NCBI RefSeq assembly: GCF_003704095.1
Contig: NW_020845631.1
Location: 62,001-126,000 of the forward strand
From: Pocillopora damicornis
Lineage: Eukaryota
Reading direction: 5' to 3'
Length of the DNA stretch: 64,000 bases
Each line of letters opens with the position of its first letter. Within the stretch, counting starts at the first letter, position 1. The position numbers and the translations under genes were made by a program. Positions 48,675-60,755 of the stretch are shown here, piece by piece. A model generated the notes under the pieces. It saw nothing but the letters and a program-made list of their open reading frames with translations. It was not told the origin of the DNA and made no database searches.

Positions 48675-51350
48675 TTTGATAATACAATAGCGGGAAATGC
48701 CTTGATTATAAATAGAAAGATTTGATTTTCTGTTTCCAAAGCTGGACAGATTAAGTAAAGATCCACCATATACAGTGAAATGTCAGTTACCCTTTAATTT
48801 CGCCAGAACATTTAAAAAACAATCTATCTTAATTTGATGTTTCCTTAAAATAGTCAGAAAGAATCAGGGCTCTGCATGGATAGTAAACAATATATTTCTC
48901 AACGACGCGTTGCCCACAATTAAAATTATTAAGTTGATTCCTCAATTGTTGGAGAAGTGCAGCGGATTGGAAGATAAGAGACTTGTGGGGAGTCAATGAA
49001 AATAAAATACACCAAATATTGTCGCTAAATGGCATCATTAAATATATTAGTCTGCGTAGACAAAGCTCGTTTTATCATTTCATTAGATGGGCTTTTAAAC
49101 TGATGGGTCTTAACGCATATTCGAGTGGGCTTATAACCAGAATGAAAATATATAAAATCATTTCAAAACGAAATACAGCAACATTTATGAAAATTTTGGC
49201 TAAAATTTGCATCAGAATTAAAGCTAACAGCCCGAAAGAAGCTGGAACTCAGCGTAACAAACCGGAGGGCCAGACTTTTCCTTTTAAATTGATGTTTTTA
49301 ATGCAATTATTTAGAATTTCAATGTCAGATATCGTTAAGAAGAACAACGAACGCGAGAGAGAGGGGGCTTCTATCAGTGAGGGGAGGTATAAAGAAAGCT
49401 TTTCTTTTAGGAGGGAGGGGGAGGCAAACCCTGGTATACGAAAGGCTGATAAGTTTAGGATATCGTCGTTTGTTTAAAAACGCGGATGTAATGGCCACTG
49501 CTGCTATTTCATATATGCTTTTCCAGAAATGCAGTTATTCCATTATACTCATTGATCCTGTATGGTATTTTAGTAGCTCTATGAGCGATGCTTCAGCTTT
49601 GGATTCCCTACTCTCATCATTTTTTCAAATCCGACGTACGCTGACTTCAACCCTGAAGATCAATGTTAATGTCAGCAAAGCAGCGGTTACCGTGTATTTG
49701 TTATATTTCTACTGTATTTTAAAATTCATTATCCTTCAATCCTTTCATTCATCTGAAACAGAAAAGGTCTTTCACTATTTTTTTTTCTATTGAATCTCTA
49801 GTGGGGAAGATATTGTTTTTTTGATAGTTGTCACTTCATCTGTATAAGAAGAAGACACGAAGAAGTGCGTTTAGCAGACGACCAAATTTGACCCCCTATG
49901 CATTTATGCTAAGAAATCAAAGAGCGCTTGATTACATCTCGTCTGAGCTTCCTATGATAGTTACTACTTAAGAACGGGTATGTTATCATCTAAAAACGGT
50001 TAGATAAAAGTTTTCGCACGGCATCTTTTAGTAAGATTATTTAACAATTTTAAAAGACTCTGGTAGAATAAAATTACTTAAAGCTTGTTTTGTGAGAATC
50101 TCGTCATACATCTTTTCAAGCGCATTTTTTCCAGTTAAATTGAATCTAATCGAGGCAAGCATTTTTCCAAATTGCTTCTTAATTACCACAGAATTGAAAT
50201 ATGTAATAATTTTCATAAAGGTGAAGGTTGTGGACAGTTTACATTGTTGGTAAATGACAGTTGCGGTTGAACAAATGCGTTTATTTGCCAATATAAATTG
50301 AAAAGGTATCGCAACACAAAGAACAACCCGGCAACGATAAAGCTGATTTGCTCTTCTCGCATCGGTCTTTTTTCTCCACTAATTAATAACCTATAACTAA
50401 GAAAAATCTACATCTCGATGTTGAATTCCCTTTGGAAGTGATAATAGAATCTTTGATAACGTCTATTTCAATATTTTGATTTACAGCTCTCCATTTCGGA
50501 ATTATAACAAATTTCTTCGAGCAAATCGGCGATAAAAACGAGAGCCCGTACGCCAGACAGTAGCTTCGCAAATTAGCTCCGGTGGCATCTTGTTAAAAGA
50601 GCTAAGTTCTAGATTTCCTTAATCTGCCTCTCTGTTTGCCATAATTGTTTATTTTCTGCAAAGTAAGACAGTGTTTATTACTTCAAGCACAAAAGAAAGC
50701 CATGATTCCTTAGTGACAATGAACAGGGTGTGATGTAGGCGAAGGCTACAAATTCAAGTTTCGCTCTGGTTTAGGGAGGCAATGTAAGAATTCCTCATAA
50801 CCACCTTAAGGTAAGAAAAACATTTTAGCAGTCAACACAGATTTGAACTCAGCTATAAAGGACTAATCAGTTAGTTAACGAAAAAAAATTAAGTGTGGGT
50901 ATACAATACATAACCTCCTTACCATGTTCTTCAAAGAACGAAAACTGATTTTACGGTCTCTTTTCCCCAGGATAGTGACAAATTTCAATCTCGTTAAAGC
51001 CCCTTCAATTTATTTGCTGTAACTGTTGTAGAATGTGAATAAATTAATCTTTGAGCACAATCAGTACTCCGGCTGCATTGGACAAACAAGCCTCCACGAT
51101 TAACACTTTAGGGAAAATATTAGTGAGGATGTGGCTGACTAACAGAAAAAGGAATAACAGAAACTTTTCTTGATTATGGGGATGGGAATGTGAGGGAATG
51201 TTATTCATATAAAAATTGATGAATTGTTTTTTAAAAAATGACATATTTTGCCCGCTTATTGTTTAGAAAAAACAGGAGGACACCAAATAAAGTCAGGTTC
51301 AAAAAACTCACTTCATTCTTGCCAAAGGCAGTTTATCAAGAAGGAAAGAA

Positions 51351-52484
51351 ATGACGATTTCTACCGAGTTGCCATCCGTTAACTGGTCAAGCATCTTCAA
51401 TACAACTCATTCTTCAGAACCTATACAGGAACTGATCCGTCTGAGCATCGCCATCAGAATTACATTTTGCATTATATTTTCGATTATTTCAACTGGCGTT
51501 GTACTGGGGAACGTTACTGCTGCTTCACTTTTTCTCAGAAAACGGAAATTACATACTCGAGCTGTTTATTTTCTCATGAGTCTCGCCTTTTCTGACATCA
51601 TAGTGGGTAGTGTTGGAATACCTTCGTTTATCTACATCCTCGCAAATTCAGTGGAGTTTCCTAATTTCGTGTACACTCTATGGAATGCTATTGATGTTTT
51701 TGGCGCAACAGCATCTATTTGGTATTTAATGATGATAAGTATAGAAAGGTTTTATGCTGTTGGCTGGCCATTTCTTCATCGTGTATCCTCCAAAAGGCCA
51801 TATTTCTGTCTTATTGTCCTCGTTTGGAGCATATCAGTAGCACTGAGTTGTATAACTGTGACGGAGGCCTCTAGATGGCCCCATTATACACTGTTTGTTT
51901 CCATGGTATCTTTTGTGTTGCCTTTAACAGTAATCCTTTTTGTCTACTTGGCTATGTTTTTCATTGCTTTAAAAAGTGTTAGACTGAATACCCGTCAGAC
52001 TCAGAGCGCCGAGAAAGACACTCGTCTCGCCAAAGCGATATTATTAATCATTGGTTGTTTCATAGTCGCTTGGGCTCCATTCTTTGGCCTGAATTTTGCA
52101 TACTGGGCGTGCCATTCATGTGTTGATATTGAATACGAGCTTATTCTTGTGTTCAAGGTACTTCAATACAGTAGTTCGCTTGCAAATCCTATCATATACA
52201 CCTTGAGGATCCCTGGTTGTTACCAAGCATTCGTGGAGCTGTGTGGTCATTGGTTGAGGTGTCAAAAAACTAATTATTTAGAAAATCCGGAGTATCCTTT
52301 AGCTCCAAATGAAGACATAGCTTTAGTTAGATTCCGACTCATCGACAACCCTCCCTTTCACTGCTTTTCTTTGCTTGTCAACTCAGCAGATCCCTTGATG
52401 AAATCATCGACGTCAGGGAGCAAAGGAAAAACGTCAAGACCTTTTCGCAAGTCTAAAAACTTGACTTTTACATCTATGGTGTAG
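51351..52484 (+). CDS. Class A GPCR, aminergic/adenosine-receptor-like, 377 aa
   Basis: GN, LAFSD, ERFY, WAPFF, NPIIY motifs; CHSC in ECL3; N-terminal sequons NWS and NTT. Confidence 0.93.
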   Translation: MTISTELPSVNWSSIFNTTHSSEPIQELIRLSIAIRITFCIIFSIISTGVVLGNVTAASLFLRKRKLHTRAVYFLMSLAFSDIIVGSVGIPSFIYILANSVEFPNFVYTLWNAIDVFGATASIWYLMMISIERFYAVGWPFLHRVSSKRPYFCLIVLVWSISVALSCITVTEASRWPHYTLFVSMVSFVLPLTVILFVYLAMFFIALKSVRLNTRQTQSAEKDTRLAKAILLIIGCFIVAWAPFFGLNFAYWACHSCVDIEYELILVFKVLQYSSSLANPIIYTLRIPGCYQAFVELCGHWLRCQKTNYLENPEYPLAPNEDIALVRFRLIDNPPFHCFSLLVNSADPLMKSSTSGSKGKTSRPFRKSKNLTFTSMV

Positions 52485-52907
52485 TCAACGACATTGGGGT
52501 ACAGTAGCTCAAAAGCAGTATCATTGTAACATTTCCAGTGAAAAGGAACACTTTTGAATTTAAATGTTTCTACAAACAATATTCTCTCTGCAAAACAATA
52601 ACGGACAATATCAGTGCCAAGCTACTACAAGAGGGCAAGTTGCACCAATATTATTTTCCTCGCATGGTATCGCCTGTTATTCTCATTATCGAAAAGAGAA
52701 TCAATGGTCTGGATGGATGGTTTTGCTGTTTTCAATTAGTAATTCTTTGATATTCCTTAGCTTCAAAGAGTTTTCTTTTATTTCCTGAAAAGGTTTTAAA
52801 CGATTTTTTAGTTGTTAAGATGTAGTCAGGTAAATCTTTTCAAAGATTAAAAAAAAAGACTGTTACAGAGGGTAACAGCCGGTTTCGCTACTTGTCGAGT
52901 AAGCTAC

Positions 52908-52992
52908 GTTCGGGTTCGCTACTTGTTCGGGTTCGCTACATGTTCGGGTTCGCTACATGTTCGGGTTCGCTACATGTTCGGGTTCGCTACAT
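52908..52992 (+). repeat. 17-bp tandem repeat (GTTCGGGTTCGCTACAT) x5, the subterminal array of a probable MITE spanning about 52868-53393
   Basis: Five contiguous near-perfect units. 52982-53019 is inverted-repeated at 53339-53376. Confidence 0.85.
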
Positions 52993-55457
52993 GTTCGCTA
53001 CTGACAAGCCGAATTCGCTACTTACTTCATCCTACCATTCCATCATTCTACTACCACGATCTTTTAGAAACGACATCTTGAGGGAACAACATCTTATTTT
53101 AAAGAAATCTGCCTTACTCAACCTGAAAAAGGCGCCATGTTTTAGCATATTATCTTAGTTATCATCGAGCCCGCGCATCGCTCACAATGGCGTCGCTATG
53201 GGAACTAAGACACCAGGTGCTTTCTCTGTCATTTAATGGCATACCTGGAAAAACGACTGTTAATGGCTAGTATCAATTACAGATATGGCTCGTGGTTTAT
53301 GGTCAAAAGATAAATTAAAACTGTGAATTAACAGAGGCAGCGAATTCGGCATGTTAGTAGCGAACATGTAGCGAACTCGACGGGTGGCGACCTTATCTTT
53401 TTATATGTTAAGGAGGTTCTCAAATGTAGGAACATATTTTTCTGAGACTATGCAACATTAAAACTCTTGATATGCTGATTGGAAGTCAGTAATAAATAAT
53501 CGGGGGGTCACCTGACTCGTTATTTAGTTACAGGTACATAAAACTAAAATTAAAGTTGGTTATAAAAGACTGTATTGTTGATATGGTATCCTTAAAGGTA
53601 AGCAAATGATCAATACAGGTCGAAAAACAACTGAGCATTTTCTTACACTAGTCTAAAAGCAACGTAATGTACAGTTAAGGCGCAAACAAAGCAGAAACCA
53701 AGACGATATTTGACAATTTACTCAATATCATCTCATAGCCATGCAATGAATATTGCTGCATATCTTCTGCATATGCTTTGTTCTCGTATTGGTTGTTGAG
53801 AAAACGTCGACGTCGTGACGGTTAAAAAAGGAATAAAACAAACATATATCGAATAAAGATTTAAAAAATGTCTCTGTAACAAACAAAGAAGTCTCGAGTG
53901 TGCTCTGTTCTGTTGTCCAGCACTTAGGAAGCTGCAGGACGTGGTCGAGTGTTTTCCCTACTTCTTGAGTCACCCGGAGAGCTTGAGTTCACCTGAAATT
54001 GCAGTTGAAATCCTATGCTGAAAAAATGGGCAAAAAACAAAGTACTTATTTCTGACCCTCAGTATGACTGAGAACATGACAAAGCAGGCCGCAGTCAAAA
54101 ATATAAGTATGGTGAGTATGTAGCGATAACAGGCGCGAATCGCGTCAATGCGAGTTAGAAATCAATTCGGAAATTTTTAAAAATCATTTTGAAGAAATTT
54201 TTGGCCCCTTGACTAAGAGAATGCATTGATCCTAGACTTAGTAGAGACTCGACTAGGAGGAAAAGTACGCCACTGCGAACTAAAATCAACAGGGATACTT
54301 ACGGCTCCTAAACGACCAGTTGTAGCGCGCGTGTAATTTATTTATAATATCCCCGTATGGACGGAAATAACTTTCTGACATTTCCTTTCTCTCTCTAATT
54401 TCTTTGCTCGTTGATTAACCGCTTGGCTTTAGTTTGTGACGAGTTGGCTTTATCACGAAACATTCGGCATTTTTATACTATAAATTAACCTGGTAAATAT
54501 TCTAGACGTCATGCGCAGAGATGTTTAGATTTGTACATATACAGAATGCCTTATGGAACCAGGCTGATATTACATTAATGCGTAGCGACTGTGACAAAAC
54601 GATACTTTTTGTCGTACTCCATGTTTCTGTTTGGGAGGTTTAGCAGAATATTATAGTTCTTCTCGCACTTTGCCTTTCAGGTGGACAACTTGAGAATTGT
54701 TGTTCAACCATGCGAGCACAACCTGGCCCACGCCTTAAAGTAGCGCAAAGTGGTTTCGTTAACTTGAAATCCCAATTTTCTTGGTGGATTGACAATAGAA
54801 AATTGTTTTTAATGTTCCCTTTCAAATATGCCTGAGGTAAATCCAGCAAATTGTCGCGAACTTTTAATCAGTTTAAAAGACGTCTGTATACGTAGGGTTC
54901 AGAGTCATCTTAAATCATCTATATAGGATGGGTCTGATTTGTTTATTATTATTCAGGGTTCACGGAGCCCGTTTTTGTGTTAAAGGCACAAAACTCATCG
55001 AAAAAGGTTGTTTTAAGAAGGCTCAGTGTTTTTAAGGTAGCCTTGATTGTTATAAAAATTGATCTCATGATCTCATGTTGAGAAATAATTTGGCACTCCA
55101 ACCCAATTTTAAGGATAAGAATGAATAAGGATGGCAACTACGATCCATTAAAAAAACTGCTGGTCAAATATAACGAAGCCATTTAAGAATTGTGTTGAAA
55201 ATACATATATGAAGCGTTTAATGCTGCAGTGAAAGGCGGTGAATATATTTATAGATCCCCGATCGCTCTTATGTTTTGCTCGTGTCAGATTTCTCCTTAC
55301 CACGCTTTTTTTTATCAGTTCTAATTTGGGGTTCAGCCACTGAATTTGTTAAACGAAAGCAAAGCTAAACCTAATGACGATGTTACACGATAAAATAATT
55401 CCTTTTACTGTGGAACATAACAAGAAGCTTTCGTCAATAACTAATATTGATGTCTTT

Positions 55458-56618
55458 TTAAGGAAAGATATTTAGGTGGCTCTCACAAAGCTCGATTTCC
55501 TCAAGAGAGGGTTCACCAATTGGAGCAGTGTCATTTGATGAGTTTTGCTTTGATGAATCTATGTTTGAGCTATTTGCTTTATTATCTCCAAGCCGTCTGT
55601 CTGCCAAGTACCTATGAATAGTTTTATTTCGAATCGAACCAGGTATCATGGAATACATTATTGCTCTAAAAGTTTCTCCAACGTTGCGCACCTTTTTGGT
55701 AACTTCGCGGCAAGGACAAAGTAAGGCTGAAAAAGCTTTGCGAAAATGAGGAAATTTGTGAGCATACAGAACTGGATTAACAACCGAGTTTCCATACTGG
55801 AGAAACTTGACGGCGCAGATTGCTTGCCATGATGGCTGCACCTCCGGTCTGATGTAAGTCACCAAGGAGAGTGTGAAGAAAGGAAGCCAACCAATCATAA
55901 ATAATGCGATCATCATTATCACTGTCTTAGCAACGCGGACCTCTTTTCGAATACTCCTTCTAAGCTTGTAAAAGTTTTGTATTCTGTTTTTTCGAATAAA
56001 AGTTACTAAAAAAGCTTGTGAGACACAGATGATAACTAGTGGAATGAAGAAACAGACAACTATGACCGTAACATTGTATGCCTTCGGTGCTGATGCCATT
56101 CCCGGTTTAGAACATACTGCAACTGGGATTGTAACCGACCAAATCAAGGCTAAAATAAGCAAATAACGTCTGCCGGTGTAAATACGATGGCTTAAAGGCC
56201 AGACAATAGCACAAAATCTATCCCAGCTTAAGGCAACCAGGTGCAATATTGAACCAATACCTCCTAGGATGTCGAATATTACCCAGATATCGTGCAAATA
56301 TGTAAACCATGTCTCTTTTTTATAAGTTATAAACAGAACAATAATCCACCATGGAATGGAGATCAATCCAACGAAAGTGTCAGTTGCTGCCAATGAAACA
56401 ATGAAGTAGTTGGTGTGAGATCGTAGAATAGTCTTCTTTGCAAATGATACGATCACAAGAATATTACCAAACAGGATAACAACAGCAACGGCAGAGTACG
56501 CAACGGCCCATGGAATGAGAAGCTGATGACTCATCTTCAAGTAACCGTCAGTTTTACCATCATCAGTTAATGAGAGGTTTGCGGTGTTGTTTGACAGGCA
56601 ACCTGAAACAAAAGTCAT
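55458..56618 (-). CDS. Class A GPCR, aminergic/adenosine-receptor-like, 386 aa
   Basis: GN, LAATD, DRF, WLPFF, NPVLY motifs; N-terminal sequons NNT and NLS. Confidence 0.93.
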   Translation of the reverse strand: MTFVSGCLSNNTANLSLTDDGKTDGYLKMSHQLLIPWAVAYSAVAVVILFGNILVIVSFAKKTILRSHTNYFIVSLAATDTFVGLISIPWWIIVLFITYKKETWFTYLHDIWVIFDILGGIGSILHLVALSWDRFCAIVWPLSHRIYTGRRYLLILALIWSVTIPVAVCSKPGMASAPKAYNVTVIVVCFFIPLVIICVSQAFLVTFIRKNRIQNFYKLRRSIRKEVRVAKTVIMMIALFMIGWLPFFTLSLVTYIRPEVQPSWQAICAVKFLQYGNSVVNPVLYAHKFPHFRKAFSALLCPCREVTKKVRNVGETFRAIMYSMIPGSIRNKTIHRYLADRRLGDNKANSSNIDSSKQNSSNDTAPIGEPSLEEIELCESHLNIFP

Positions 56619-59600
56619 TGTAAGTGAGAAGCAAGCAGTTCTTCGATTTAAGTTAACTCAATAATTCTTGCCTTTCGACAGACTACCGGCTGCGCCCAAA
56701 CTTCATGATCACAAATGTAGATAAGAATATAACAATCCAAGATCGCACGATATGGTCAGTCTCCAAAGAATGCTGCGAGTCAGGTAACCATCCCTTATTA
56801 TCCTATGTACAGAATAAGTGAACTCGCGATCGATCAGATGATATTCCTCAACATTTTCCTCAACAGTTGTTTAAGATAATGGACCAAATCAGAGTGGAGA
56901 TTGTATCATTCTTACTCGGAAACTATGTATTGTGTATTTAACTGTTTTGAAATCCTTCCCCTTAATCATCTTTAAAGTTACTTCTATGTGCATTATGCAA
57001 GATGTACTTTGTGTTTCATTTCCACAGTTTCTGTTACGAATACTTTTTGTCTCGTTTTTTATTCTTTAAATCTTATCAAAGGAGCTAAACTCGAGAAAGA
57101 AACACTTCAGTAGCAGAACCGGGTTTGATGGATTTTTTCGTGTCTTGCATGAGCAGGATGTTGGTACATCTAACTGATCAGAATGATAATTGCCTCAACC
57201 AGCGACCATGTAACAAGTGTACGTCATTTCAGCTTCGACTTTCTGCATAAACATTTTCATTTCGCTTTAACGAATGTGCAGTGAATTCCTGATAAAAGGT
57301 GCACCCACCTAAACACTTAGCTGACAATCGCAAATACTCAAGCAGGCCTTTGTACTTCAGGTCAAAGAAAATTTGTCTGCCATCTTGATTAGTCCTTTTT
57401 GTCATTCTGCTACTTCTGGTGATTTATACCTACTCGACTGGCCAGTTATCCTAAGTCTGTGCGAACGATACAGAGATTTCAAAAAGTGATAATTTCAAAC
57501 AGTCACCCTTTTTTATCACCGCCTGTAAATCATTTTTATAAAGTGAAATGAAGAGAAAAAGTTTATCGTTATTTTTCAAAGGTTTATCAGAAATCAATCT
57601 ATGACTGATATCTTGGGAAAAATCATCCAGTAAATTGAGGGGCCAGCGAGGCTACATACAATCCGCAGTAGCAGAGTTCCTTAAATATTCGAGAAAAAAC
57701 TTATTTAATTTTCCTATGTCTCCAGTTGGTATAAGACGTTTTTATTAGATTGATTATTTCGAGACGTTCTTCGGCTAGTATTTGCGAGCACCAATTCCTC
57801 TAAGGAAGTGCGCTAACAACATATGATAACTGGTTTCAGTTTAAATGGATTTTCAATTACCTTATATAAATAGATTGAACTTGAAAAGTTCAGTTCATTC
57901 AAATCAAAGCTAAGAACTGCAACTGAACGCCTGAAAATCAACTATGGCTCTGATGGTTCGACTAAATAAGACAATAGCTAATTTGCATGAGGTCTCTTGA
58001 GGTGCAACAAAAGTTCTGACGATCAATGATCCGGTATTCAAGAAATTGAGAAAAGTAACTGATTGAGCTTTGAAAATAAAAAAAATCAAGATACAACCGG
58101 CTCTTTGTAAAAATGTATCCTGTATATTGTAACTGAAAAACCCCTTAGTTGGTGTAAAAAATAGATGATAGAGTTCCTAGAACAATTATCTTCTAAGTTA
58201 TCACTATTGACATCTCGCTAGCTAGCTTCTCCCTTATGTTTCTACTAGTGCCCGACTGCTCGATTAAAAACGATTCTATTGGACATCCAGTTAAACGATC
58301 GGATGTGTGATGTGCGCGCGGTTTGGTTTTTGTCGTAATTATTATTCAGCTGACATTTTACTTCCAGATGGGTGTGCTGAAAGGATTATGTGAGATAAAC
58401 CGTCAACCTTTCATCCCGGTGATCCGCCTTTTCCTTATGATAATTGGAACAATTATGTGATGAAGTCTTATAAGACACGTCTCCCATGAAAAAATGCCGC
58501 GATCGAAGAGCTTCCTGAGCCTACCGATTCAGGCTCATAAGAAAATAGATCCGCAAATAACATAAAAAAAATTCTCCTGGCCTTGACCATTGGTTTTCCC
58601 CGTGACAGATAAAAGGAAATAATTAACATATTTATTATCGAATGATTCACTTAGTTCCTTAAACTGAAATAAAACAGCATATCCTTTATCCGGCAAGTTT
58701 GTCGAGACGAACATAAACATTAGGCCCACAATTGTGTATGCATGGCTCTTATATCAGATTATGACGAGGAATTAAGACACGTTGGCGACAAAAACCCATT
58801 GTAAAATCGATCTCTACCTAACACTTTTTAAAGCTGTTAAAATGGTTCGACAACCTCTTCTTGAATTTATGTAAATTATTTACGGTCTTTCTTTACATTA
58901 CTTACCCTTACTCTCGCTATTGCATCAACTATTTGAAAACCTAAAAAACAGTCTTCTGGAACGTCTTCGCTATTTCCTTTTGAAGACATAGACAACCATA
59001 GATTTTTACGAAGACAATATGCGTGAAATGGCGTTTACTTCGAACTTTTTTCTTAACCGTAAGAGACAGCATTGTTCTATCTTCTCTGAGGCGAAGATAA
59101 TTTTTCCTGTTAAGTGTAACGTAAAAAGTTGATCAAAATGTTTTTTGAATTTCGCATGGTTTCAAATTTCCCTCTAACAGTTTGTGTATCCTCCTTTCAA
59201 CAATTAACTTGAAAAAAGTTGTTTTCCTTTTCTAAAAAAGGCTTAAAACACAAGTATTATGCATTATATCTAGGCTTCAGTAACAATTATTGGCGCCGCT
59301 TCAGAAAAACACTATATTTACCAATGGATTTTCCGCAAGATTCCATTACGAGGACTCTTCAGCCCTTTCCTCTTCGTGCAAATCTCAGTTCCCAAGGATA
59401 TGTTTATCTCATAACATGACCAGTGTGGTTTGGTGCCGCTCACTTAGGATGTAGCTGTCAACTGAAACCTTCACAACATCGCAAATATGAAAGGTTTTCA
59501 TATTAGTGTCTAATCAAGTCACTGGTGAGATCTCATTGTATTGGTCCGCATTTCAGCAAGCTTATGTTATGAGCTCGTTTATTTACACAGGTGAAACTAA

Positions 59601-60582
59601 AAATGAATATGCCGTCACTATCAGCCAGTAAGTCCTGAAACAAACCGATAAAACCTCATGCTCAAGAAATAACTCGGTAAGCAAAAACGGAACTCTTAAT
59701 CATCATCTCTGAATCATGAAATAATTTCCAAAAAAGAATTTTCGACAGTCGAAATAAAAGAAAAATAGAATGGATTGACTGACCCACTTAACGTTAAAAG
59801 GTGCTTGAGTAAACAAAAATTGTTTTGGTTCGCATTATATCCAACATACGGAGAACATAAGTACAAGAAAACAATAGAACAGTCCTCTTAATGTTCTCCA
59901 TACTGTAATTTACATTTGAAAATTTAGCTCCCGTCTCACTTGAGACTTTCAAAGCTGAAATTTCACGTGTCGCAAGACTTCTTACGAAATAAACTCACTG
60001 TTACATCAAGAGATCTTGATAGGCAAATAGGAGGAGTTGAGAGGCTCACCATGTTTTCACTTCAAAAGGATCTATAAGTGGACTATTAGTCTTTTTGTTC
60101 AATCAATTGTTGCGCAAAATGATACATAAACAGGAACCAGATCCAATACAGTTTATTTACGAAATAAATAAAAAAAATAGGGATAGTGATGTCGAAAACT
60201 TTCCGTAAACACCTCGGTATGTTACTGTAAATTATTGCCAAAAGTTACGAAGAGTAAAGCTTATACATATTCTGTAACACCACATACATGTGGGTGTAGT
60301 GTCGAAAAACACTTATTCATGAGTGGATGTTTTTTAATACGCTGCGATAAAATTTGGGGTTATTATGGAAAAGAAAGGGATACAAATTATCCAGAGTTAA
60401 ATTTTTATGCAAACGAAAGGGAAAAAAAGCCGAAAACTAGCCACAATTGAGACAACGGAGATGGGATTGTTCACCTGGAAAAGCACGGACAAATAGAAAT
60501 ATTTATATTAAAACTCCTTGATCATTACCTTGATCATTACCATGGCTACCAGTACCGAGCGGAATGTTCTGCCAAAGTTATT

Positions 60583-60755
60583 AGTTGAACCTGTATGAGC
60601 GGCACCGTATTAGGCGGTCACCCTGTATTAAGTGGTCAAAAGTTCTGAATTTGTTTCCTCTATTAAGCGGTCACCTCCATCAAGCAGTGGTGATCACGTT
60701 TTACTGAGTGCCAACGGCTTGTTTTTGTTGTCCTCTACCTGTATTGTACAGTCAC
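60583..60755 (+). mobile_element. Tc1/pogo-like non-autonomous DNA transposon fragment, copy 2
   Basis: Shares gaacctgtat..gcggca..gtattaggcggtca..ctattaagcggtc..tttactgagt.ccaacgg with 13107-13315. Confidence 0.6.

Noticed and set aside
48983-49793. Overlapping 164-aa and 138-aa ORFs after the first GPCR
   Set aside because: Non-ATG starts, no recognisable motifs and repeat-like composition.
52892-53158. ORFs with repeated peptides, and a CRISPR-like appearance
   Set aside because: The units are contiguous 17-mers with no spacers and no cas genes; the ORF is a by-product of the repeat.
32226-56618. Calling the GPCRs opsins or specific orthologues (ADORA2, octopamine, histamine H2)
   Set aside because: There is no K7.43, W7.40 or C3.25, and the mixed motifs do not support any specific gene symbol.
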